A stretch of DNA of 64,000 nucleotides from the human T2T-CHM13v2.0 reference genome, Homo sapiens: assembly GCF_009914755.1 (NCBI RefSeq), contig NC_060939.1. The stretch is one strand, 5' to 3'. Below the pieces are notes generated by a model that made no database searches, was not told the origin of the DNA, and saw only the letters and a list, made by a program, of their open reading frames with translations. Of the stretch, positions 52,822 to 64,000 are shown piece after piece; position 1 is the first letter of the stretch; each line of letters opens with the position of its first letter. Made by a program: the position numbers and the translations under genes.

Positions 52822-53747
52822 TGAATTGTTTGTTTTTTGTTATTGAATTTTGAGACTATATATCATATATTATAGATAAAAGTCCTTTGCCAGATACATG
52901 GTATGCAATATTTTCTTCCAGTCTTTTCATCCTCTTAATAGAGCCTTTCACAGAATAAAAGTTTTTCTTCTTGATGAAGTGTAATGTGTTGATTATTTTT
53001 TCTTCTATAGATTGTGCTAGTTTATTGCTTTTTGTTGCTGAATAGTATTCCATTGTATGGATATACCATTATTTGTTTATCTATTCATTTGTTGATGGAC
53101 ATTGGGTTCTTTCTAGTTTTTGACTATTACAAATAAAGTTGCTATGAGCATTTGTTTACAGGTCTTTTTGTAGGCTTTAATTGCTCTTGGGAAATATCTA
53201 GGAATGGAATACCTGAATCATGTAACAGATGTATGTTCCACTTTTTAACAAACTATCAAATTGTTTTCCAAAGTGGTTGTACCGTTTTATATACCTACCA
53301 GCATTCTATTAGAGTTCTAGTTCTTCTGTTTGCTTGCCAAGACTTGGTACGGTAAGTCTTTTAAATTTAGCCATTCTAATAAATATGTAGGTATATCTTT
53401 GTCTTAATTTTTATTTTCCTAATGACTAATGATGTTGAGCATCTTTTCATATCTTCATTGGTCAAGTATCTGTTCATATCTTTTGCCCATTTTTATTAGA
53501 TTGTTTTTTTCTTATTACTGAATTAAAAAAATACTCTGGATGCGAGTCCTTTATAAGACCTGTGATTTGCAAATATTTTCTTGTCTGTCTTTTCATTCCC
53601 TTACCTGTTATATTGGATTAGTGGCCACCCTACTGACCTCATTTAAACTTAGTTACCTTTTTAAAGACTGTACAGTCACATTTTGAGGTACTAGGGATTA
53701 GGACTTCAATATATGAATTTTGAAGGGAATACAGTTCAGCCCATAAC

Positions 53748-53975
53748 ACTCCCCAACAATTGCTCTGGACATGCTGGAATTTTTTTTTTCTGTTCTTTGT
53801 TCATTCTTGCTCATGGTGTGTTACAAGTATCATAATTCTCCTTTTCTCTGTGACCTTGTCTCTCAGTCTCCCATCAAGGAGTGATGTCTGTTTCTCCACT
53901 TCTTGAATCTGGGCTGGCCTTGCCAATAGCATATGGCAGAAGTGACATCGTTCCATTTCTGAGTCAAAGCCTGAG
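53748..53975 (+). repeat. Likely source copy of the 51887-52115 duplicate (runs into MaLR-like sequence)
   Basis: Same alignment; this copy continues into LTR-like sequence, whereas the other copy interrupts L1. Confidence 0.85.
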
Positions 53976-56402
53976 GAGGCCTTGCATGCTTCTACTCTCT
54001 CTTGCAACCCTGCACTGCCACATATCAACAAGACTTATCAACAAGCCTGGGATAGCCTGCTAGATGATGAAAGAAATATGGCCCGCTTGCTCCCATCACT
54101 CCAGCTGATAGCCAGGCAACCCTAAGAAGCAAAGTCACCTAGCTGATTAGTAGCTGACCACTGACACAAAAGTAAGATCATCTGAGACCAGAAGACAGCC
54201 CATCTGAGCTCAGCCCAAATTACTGACCCACAAAGTAATAATAAATAAATGGTTATTATTTTTATGTCACTGAATTTTGAAGTGGTTTATTATTGAACAA
54301 AAGCTACCTGATACCCATCTTTTTTTTTTTTTTTTTTTGATATGGAGTCTCGCACTGTTGCCCAGGCTGGAGTGCAATGGCGTGATCTCGGCTGACTCCA
54401 CCCTCCGCCTCCTGGGTTCACGCAATTCTTCTGTCTCAGCCTCCTGAGTAGCTGGGATTACAGGCGCCCACCACCACACTGGCTAATTTTTTGTATTTTC
54501 AGTAGAGACGGGGTTTCACTATGTTGGCCAGACTGGTCTTGAACTTCTGACCTCATGATCCGCCCACCTCAACCTCCTAAAGTGTTGGGATTACAGGCAT
54601 GAGCCACCGCACCAGGCCTACCCTTCCTAAGAGTCTTTGCTCTGGCTCTTACTTTCATCTGGAATACTCTGTGACTTGATCTTTGCATGCCTGGCTGCTT
54701 TATGTCATTCATATCTCTGCTCAAATACAATTTCCTCAAAAAGGGCTACACTGACCAATCAATATAATAAGCCTGTAGGTCTCTATGGCTTCTCCCTATT
54801 TATTTGTTTATTTTTAGAGATGAGGTCTCACTCTGTTACCCAGGCTGGAGTGCAGTGGCATCATCATAGCTCACTGCAGCCTCAAACTCCAAACACTTGG
54901 GCTCAAGCAATCCTCCCTCCTCAGCCTTCTGAATAGCTGGGACTACAGGTGCATGCCACCTTGACTGGCTAATGTTTTTTTTTTAATTTTTTTTTAGAGA
55001 AGGGGGTCTCACTATGTTGCCCACACTAGTCTTGAACCCCTGGCCTCAAGCAATCTCCTACCTCAGCCTCCTGGGTAGCTGGGATTACAGGTGTGAGCCA
55101 CAATGCCCAGCCATTTTTTTTTTTCTTACACAGAAAAGCTCCAATATTCACTTAGATACTGCAGAAGGAAAAGAGAGGCTGAAAGGGTTGGATCAAGGAA
55201 GTAGGAAAGGGAATTTCTGGGGCATTTCCTTCCCCCAATCCCAGAATAGCCACAGAAATCACAGTCACCAAGAGCTGCTGCTTCTGAATAACATGACAGT
55301 GATGGTAAATTTTCCAAAATGTTGATTGTAACAGAGTTTGCCACATGACCAAACTGGTGGATCATAGAGTGGACAGACATCAGGAGCTCTGGAAAAAAAA
55401 TTGCTACTCAGTACCTACTCAAGTTGTAATGGGGAGAGAAATGAACTGATATGCCGGATTTTTGTTGCAGAGAGCTGGCAAACTTGCAGTAAGTAACTAG
55501 CTGCATTCAAACTGACTGACGCACATAGATGGAGCCCTGAAATCCATAGCTCCGTTGAAGAGGCAGCAGAATTTATCTACTCCGACCCAGGTTTGCGGAA
55601 TTTATCAACTCCAACCCAGGTGCTAGGCTGCTTGTGGTAGGGAGTGAAGCCATCATGCTGATGGATTTGGTGGTGACAAAGCAGGCTGTCAGGAAGAAGT
55701 AGGTCCCCCAGATTCTCCCGGGCAAGGGGACAACACTGGAAACTACATGTGGTAGTTTCCAGTATGTTAGGCTTTTCCTTCTGAAACTTGGCAAAGTAGA
55801 ATTTGCTGAAAAGTAAGCAGTACAGCTTGTTTTTAATTTCGTTTCTCAAGAAAACCCAGCTAAGTCTCATCATGACTGTTTACTCTTGTTTCTTTTGGGA
55901 AATTAACTTCTTAATATAACTTTGACTAAAGATATGTAGATTTGTGGTATGAAAAGAAAATCTATCTGTTGGATGATGTTCCCAGTGAAGTACTATCCAT
56001 TTGTTATTTTAAAAGTTATTCTCTTTTGTTCTAAACAGTAAATAGTGCCAAAACTAAGAAAAACATGTATTATAGTTTCAACGTCAGGCTGACTTGCCTG
56101 CAGATCTGTTCGCAATAGACTGTAATGCCCCTTTAAAGAAAGATTTAGAAATAAATTATTAAAAGTATTAATTCATTTAAAAAAATGTAAGCATGAATGG
56201 GGACAAGCTGGGGAGAATGATTTGTCTGCTCTTTCTGGGAGGGTGGCGAGCAACATCCATGAGAAACCTGCAGGCCTTGCCACTGCTGCTGAGAGCCAGT
56301 GACCCCAAGGGCTGACCACTTGGGATGTTAGCTGCTCCTAGTCCAGGCACTGTGGTCTGGGCCTGTGGTATAAAGAAGGGCTATTGCCATAAAAGGAGAT
56401 AG

Positions 56403-56681
<279 letters not shown>

Positions 56682-57899
56682 TGATCTGCCCACCTTGGCC
56701 TCCCAACAGAATTTTTTTAAAAAAGAAATATGGTATGTCTTTGGAAACCCGAGATTCAAATCTTAGCACCCTATATCCCCACCACCACTACCATTAACAG
56801 TGCAGTTTGGAGCAAGTTGCTTAATCTTTTCCAGCCCAGTTTCCCATTTGTAAAATGGAAAGAATGACATCCATATAATGTAGTTGCTGGAGGATTCATT
56901 ATTTTATTATTCAACAATTGTTTATTGAGTGCCAGACATTAGTCTAGTCACTAAGACAGACAAGGTCCATGTTCTCATGGAATTCATATTCTAACAGGGT
57001 AAGGTCACAACAAATAAATAATAAACAAATGAAAAATATCAGATATTGATAAGTTTTAGACAGAAAATAAAATAGGGAGCTGGGCATGGTGGCTCCTTTC
57101 TAATCCCAAAATGAGAGAATTGCTTAAGCTCAGGAGTTCGAGACCAAACTGGGCAACAGGGCAAAACCTCGTTTCTACAAAAATACAAAAATTAGCTGTC
57201 CCAGCTACTTAGAAGGCTGAGGTGGGAGGATCATTTGAGCGCGGGAGGTCAAGGCTGCAGTGAGCTTGATCACACCACTGCACTTGATCAGCGTGGGTGA
57301 CAGAGTGAGACCTTGTCAAACAAAACAAAACAACAAAACAAACACAAAACAATACAGATTCACTGTATAATATTATTTAGAAAATGCAGAAAGGTACAAA
57401 TACTTATTTTATAATAACTCTTAATCTTAATATTCAAGTTTTTGGTGTATATCTTTGCAGAGTTTTAAAAAAATGTGTGCACACACATGCGTCTTCACAG
57501 AAATGGAACTTTGTTATTGTATATGCTGCATTGTAACCTGCTTATTTGCTTAACAATAGAATGGCGTCTTTAATATATCCAAACTTTTTACCCAGAATGA
57601 TTTTTCATGGCTGCGTAGAATACCATTTATTTAACCAAGCGGTAGAGAGTTAGACTATTCACAAGTTTTGCTATTATGAACAACTAGGGAGAAGCACTTA
57701 CACAGCAAAATCTGCTGAGTTTCTGAATTGTCTCCTTAGTATAGACCACGCAAGTGAAACTATCAGATCCCAGGGCGCTCCCGTGCGGTTGTCAGATTTC
57801 CCTCCTGTAAAGTGGATGAGTAACCCCACCCCACATGCTCTCCCGTCCACACAGCTCTTGAAAGGCCAAACCAGGCGACGCTGTGGCCCAGAGAGAACC

Positions 57900-58720
57900 A
57901 GAAGAGAGGGTGCGTGGGGTGCACGGCAAGCCATTGAGTCTGTGGCCACACCTAGGCGGAGAGAGACGAGCTCGGGTGAGGGTGGGCCGCGGGATCCACA
58001 GACTCCTCTTCGTGCGGTGGATGCATCAGGCTCCGTCTCTGAACCTCGGTTTCCCCATCTGCAGAATGGGGATGGGATCTCCTGGTGATGGGGATCTGTG
58101 GACGCGGCGCCCTCGGGGGTGCACAGAACTAAGGCCGGCCTGCAGCAGCGACCTCGGGGGCTGGTGGGGACGGAAGACCGGACCTCCTGGCCCGAAGGCT
58201 GGGCGCAGCCCCCGCCCGCCCGCCTCTTCCCGCCGGCGCCTCCCCGGGGTGGCAGTGTGGGGAGAGTGGCTTGGCGCCCGCAGGGGGCGCCGCGAGCCCA
58301 CCGCGAGAGCGGCCGCGGCGCGGGGTGGGTGCCGAACGGGCTGCGCGCCGCGCTGCTCCCGACCCGCGGGTCAAGTCTGGCGCCTGGGAGGTCCTTGAAT
58401 TCCGCGGGATTTGTTTTTCCGCAAAACCAAAAACGCCATCCACTTAACAGATCCGTGCTAGGAGGCCCTGGCTCAGTCCTTCCACCAAACACCTCGGCCC
58501 AGCCGCGGCTGTACGGCTCCCAGGCTCCCAGTGTTTCCTCCACGCTTTCAAACCTCAGCGCTGAGGTGACCGCCTCCGGGCAGCCTTCCCGGACTACCCC
58601 AGGACTTGGGGGCGTGGCTCCACAGCGGGCCTAGTTCCGCCCGTGTGCTGGCCTCTTCCACGACCGGCAGTCTTTGAGGATGGGGCTTGGCCTCCATCCC
58701 CTTGAACCCCTCAGCGTCGC
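57900..58720. promoter_or_regulatory. Second (distal) CpG island with CTCF-like motif
   Basis: Dense CpG/GC; CCCGCAGGGGGCGC at ~58277-58290 resembles the CTCF core. Confidence 0.75.
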
Positions 58721-59639
58721 ACCCCAGAGCCACTCTGACCCCTGGCCAATGATTATAAGTGAGGGAGCCACCTCTTCTCCCTGCGTGGCACAGGCCAGGG
58801 TCCGCAGGAAGGGGCCTTGCTCATCCCCAATCTTAAGCTCCGCTGAGATGAAGGAACCAAGAGCAGGCTTGGCACTGGGAGGGCGGCTGTCCCAGTGGCG
58901 GGGAGGGGAGCTCTGGATCTGTGGGGGAGTTTGTGCAGCGTGTCAGCGGGGGGTGGGGTGGGGGGGGTGGGGGCCTGTGGATGCCCGCAGGTGTTTGTGT
59001 TTGTGCATGTGTAAGTCTCTGTGTGTATATATTTGTGGGAAAGCATCTTCTAAATTAAGAATATATTTGTGTAGGGTAAATGGTCAAGTCAAATAGAAAG
59101 TGACTTCAATACTTGTTACTTGATGGTATAAATACAATAGCCAAGGAATTCAGTCCAGAAGCTCACATTTGAGGGTTAGGGATTGGTGCTGTATTTGTTA
59201 CAACAGGCGTCTAACCTTGGTCAAATCTCTTTCTCATAGTCTTCATTGTCTCTGGTTTGTTTGTTTGTTTTTCTGGTTTGTTAAATGATCCTTTTTTTTT
59301 TTTCCCCGAGACAGGGTCTCACTTTGTCTCCCAGGCTGGAGTGCAGTGGCGCAATCACCACTCACTGCAGCCTCACCTACCGGGCTCAAGTGATCATCCC
59401 ACCTCAGCCTCTCCAGTAGCTGCGACCACAGGCACGTGCCACTAAATGATTATTTTTTCAAGGGAGAAATCATGCCTGTCATACAAATAAAAAATGAACA
59501 AGTGTAAAAGATTTTATTTAACTCATTAGTTAATGAAGTTAAAAACTGATTCAAAGGACAACACAAAGGCCAGATACACACACTGGCATCAGAAATAATG
59601 AAATAAGTTTGTTAATTGATACAAAACTGGCTTCATCCA

Positions 59640-59641
<2 letters not shown>

Positions 59642-59679
<38 letters not shown>
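59642..59679. repeat. (GT)19 microsatellite
   Basis: Direct reading. Confidence 0.95.
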
Positions 59680-59682
<3 letters not shown>

Positions 59683-60631
59683 GCGGGGGGTGGGGTGGGG
59701 GGTGGGGGATCACTTGCATCTCCACCTGACAAAACTTGTTTGCATTGCCATGGACAATAATAATTTGTATTATTTTCAGTTTTCTACAGTTTACAGATTC
59801 AAAGACAATGAAAAATGGAGACTACCATAGAATGACATAACCTGGAAGGGCACACCAGGCCTGCATTCCATAGGGTACATTTTCTCCCCATTTCAAAAGT
59901 CTTTCACAATTTTTCCTGGCCACTTATACAACAGGCTTGAGTTGCATAAAGGTTTTTCAAACTTTTTAGTGGCGGAACTCTCTTTCTAAGTGAAATGTAA
60001 CAGCAAACCCTAATATCTATCTATATATCTAATAGATAGATACTTTATTTTTTAATTTTTAATTTTCTATTTTTTGAGATAGGATCTCACTCTGTCGCCC
60101 AGGTTGGAGTGCAGTGGCATGATCTCAGCTGACTGCAGCCTTGACCTCCCCAAACTCAGATGATCCTCCCACCTTAGCCTGCCAGGTAGCTGGGAGTACA
60201 GGTGCATGGCACCACACCCAGAAATAATTTTTGTATTTTTTGTGGAGATGTCGTTTCGCCATGTGGCCTAGGCTGGCCTAGAACTCCTGAGTTCAAGCTA
60301 TCTGCCCACCTTGGCCTCCCAAAGTGCTGGAATTACAGGCGTAAGCCACTGCACTTGACCCGAATATATTTTTTTTAACATCTCAGAGGGTTAAAATAAT
60401 GTATTATACAGTTAATATATGCTTACCGTAAAGATGTCAAATAGTACAGAAAGTTAAGTGAAACATTTGTTTCCCTTCCCTTGCCCTTTCTCCCTGTCCC
60501 CTTCTCATTCTCCAGAGCCACCTACTTTAACAGTTTCTTATGTACCCGATAGACACTCTATGGATATATACAAACATATACATATATTTTTTGAGACAGG
60601 GTCTGGCTCTGTCACCCAGGCTGGAGTGTAG

Positions 60632-60775
<144 letters not shown>

Positions 60776-60828
60776 TAGAACTCCTGGGCTCAAGTGATCC
60801 TCCCAAAGTGATGAGATTACAGGCGTGA

Positions 60829-61065
<237 letters not shown>

Positions 61066-61108
61066 TGAGTAGCTGAGATTACAGGCACCCACCACCACGC
61101 CTGGCTAA

Positions 61109-61297
<189 letters not shown>

Positions 61298-61466
61298 TGA
61301 TGTCAGAACATAGAGGTCCACCTCAGCATTTTAAGTGATTAAGAGTGTTCCATGGTATGGCTGCCCCTTAACTTATTTGGCTAGGCTTCTATTAACAGAC
61401 TTTTTTTAGTTGTTTCTAATTTTATGGTAATATAAACAAATGCTACAATGAACCTCCTTAATCAGT

Positions 61467-61468
<2 letters not shown>

Positions 61469-61498
<30 letters not shown>
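61469..61498. repeat. (TG)n microsatellite
   Basis: Direct reading. Confidence 0.93.
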
Positions 61499-61500
<2 letters not shown>

Positions 61501-63019
61501 TGTAAACTTTTTAGGAGTGGAATCATTAGGTTTAAGGGTAGCTGCATTTAACATTTTGATATATCTTGCTGAGCTCTCTTCCCTGGAATTGCAATCATTT
61601 ACTTTTTCTGCTACATGCTGTATCTTTACACCCCCGCCTACGTTGTGTATTATCAAACTTCTAAATCTTAGCCAGTCTGATAGAGGGAAAATGACACCTC
61701 ATAATTTCAGTGTACTTTTCTACAATTATCTCTAGCTGTTACAATATTCCCTTTGGTGGGAAATTGCTTCATTATTTTCTGTGACTTCCCTTTGCAGAAA
61801 AACTCACGCGGCATAGTTCGAAAACCCTTGATCTTGACAGATTCCCTGAGCTCTCATATTCCAGGAGGCAGATTCTCTGCAAGTGTGTGTTTGTCTCCGC
61901 TCTGTGTCAGTGTGTAGCTTGTGTGCCACCTCTGTGTGTGTGATGTGTGTCTGACTGCCGATGTTCATGTTAGTGAGTGTTTACCTTTCCCTTCCTTGAG
62001 GATCAGAGACCTACTCAGGAGAGCCCAGGTTACCAAGAAGTTTACTGTAGGATACAGAGATCTCTCCCAGTTGGGAAAAGAAGAGCAACTGGATTTTCTG
62101 TAACCAAGAACTGCATATGGGAAAGGGATAGAGGACAGAGGCTGCCTTCTCTCTGCGGACCCATAAACTTGCCCATGGGCCGAAGCCAGCCACCCTGGTC
62201 TGACTCTGCATGCCTTTCAGCTGAAGGAACAATTGCTGCCTGCAACAGTCATTCAGTTTCCCAAGGAATCAACCTCTCTGTGTGACTGGGGAAAAGGAAA
62301 CAGACATCAAGAGGTCTGCTGGCAGGGGCTGATGCAAGGATTGTAAATCTCTGCTTCATCACATGTGCATTATTTGGGAAGTGGCTGGAAGTTCAATTCA
62401 TGCATCTACTGGCAGTGCATCTAGGGGAAAGAGCGGGAACACAGGAAGAGGAACAGGCTGTTTCATCCTTAATTCTGCCACTTACTGGCTATGTGTCCAA
62501 GGGCAAGCTGCTTAATTTTTCTGTACCTCATTCCCTTATCTGTAAATCAAGGGAAACAACGCCCACATCATGAAGTCATTGTGATGAGTAAATTAAACAA
62601 TACGTATCATGGATCTTAATAAGCGTCTCAGTCAACACAGAAGTTCCCTCTCTTAAGGGTGACGTTTTGATAATGACACCTTTTCAAAATGAGGATCTCA
62701 AAGAACATCCCCAAACATTAGAGGAGGAGGGAGTCTTTTTTCCTTTAGTGTGTCCATTCAGCAGCAGCCTTGTGCCTGTGTACCACCGTGAGAATGGCAA
62801 AGTCCAGTCCTGCCTGCCCTCCTGTGCCACTCACGGCCACACGTTTTTAATTTTCACCACACTCATGCAATCTCCTGCACACATCGTGATACTTCGTGCC
62901 TCCGTACCTTTGCTTGTGCAGCTCCTGCAGCCTGGAATGTTCTCTCCCACTCCACTGTACTTGGCAAATGCTCACTTATACCTCAAAACATATCAGGACA
63001 AAGGACATAGTATTTAGTC

Positions 63020-63842
63020 TAACACATCTGGCTGTTTGCCTGGAAGAGAACCAGAGTGAACCCCTATCTCTAGCCATATACAAAGATAAAATTCCAGAGG
63101 GATTAAGGGCTTAAAAATGTAAAAAATAAAATGTTAACTATCTGTCAAGACAAGCCACAATGCAACATTAGCGCGTACCTGCCAGAGTAGCTAAAATGCA
63201 AACGTCAGATGATAGAAAGTATTGGGGTGGGTGTAGAGCAGCTAGAAGTCTCTTACATTACTGGTGAGAGTGTAATTGATAACGGCCACTTTGGATGACT
63301 GGCAATATCCACAAAAGCTGAACATACACGTTCTCTATGACCCAAAAATTACACTCTTGGGTAAATACTCAACAGAAATGCAGACATAAATTCACCAAAG
63401 AAAGTTTGCAAGAATGTTCATAGCAGCACTATTTGTAATAGCCCCAAATTGGAAGCAACCCAAACGTCTATCAACAGTAAAACATAAAGTGTGGTATGTT
63501 ACATACAGGACTGCTGCACAGCAACGAGAATGAATGAACTACATGAATTCATCTCACAAACATAATGCTGAGTCAAAGAAGCTAGATACAAAAGAGTACA
63601 CATGGATATTTCATTTAAATAATGTTCAAACACTAACCTATGATGTTAGAAGTCAGGGTAGAGGTTAATCTTTGAGGACGGTTGTGACTGGCAAGGGGGT
63701 GTGAACTGAAGGAATGTCTAGGGTACTGGTAAGATTCTGTTTCCTGATTTCAGTCCTGGCTACATGAGTGTGTTCACCTCGTGAAAATTTATTGATCCAT
63801 AAAAAGATGTGCATTATTTCATACATATATCTCAATAAAAAT
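63020..63842 (+). mobile_element. L1ME-like 3' end fragment
   Basis: agaatgttcatagcagcactatttgtaatagcccc...ggaagcaacccaaa and terminal ctcaataaaa. Confidence 0.7.
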
Positions 63843-64000
63843 TTTGGCAAGGAGGCATCATATAATCTAAGGTTAGAATACCTTCTCAACCAAGGTTGGA
63901 AACCTAGAAGATGAAAAAGATAGGTATTTTTGCATATATATACATATACATACACACACATATATATAGCATTTTTGTGGGAAAAGATACTGTAAGCAAT

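Noticed and set aside
57698-58634. Long overlapping ORFs (281, 178 and 171 aa) in the distal CpG island
   Set aside because: Stop-codon scarcity in GC-rich DNA; Arg/Pro/Gly/Ala-rich with no recognisable domain; several frames on both strands are open.

Overview
Human (primate) genomic DNA containing the complete seven-exon ADPGK gene (ADP-dependent glucokinase) on the minus strand. The ATG is at 45001 and the stop at 13643-13645. The product is 496 or 497 aa depending on a NAGNAG acceptor at exon 7, and all six introns are GT-AG and phase-compatible. The gene has a CpG-island promoter (~44560-45640). A second CpG island (~57900-58720) with a downstream AATAAA fits the locus's known antisense lncRNA ADPGK-AS1, whose boundaries are only approximate here. 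The rest is dense interspersed repeat: more than 35 Alus, L1 fragments, a near-full-length Tigger1, THE1/MLT1/MER41 solo LTRs and MITEs. Four observations stand out. (1) A 223-bp copy (222/223 identical) of the 3' part of exon 5 plus its splice donor sits in intron 4, next to an AG that would make an in-frame alternative exon lacking Arg228. (2) A second ~229-bp templated insertion has similar size and similar ~1.8-kb donor distance on the other side of the promoter. (3) Intron 5 is fully tiled by two ORFs joined by a TGATG stop/start overlap. (4) There is a perfect 23-bp hairpin, twin G-quadruplex motifs and several GAS motifs. No prokaryotic systems or CRISPR arrays are present. Repeat subfamily names come from recalled consensus sequences, not from a search.
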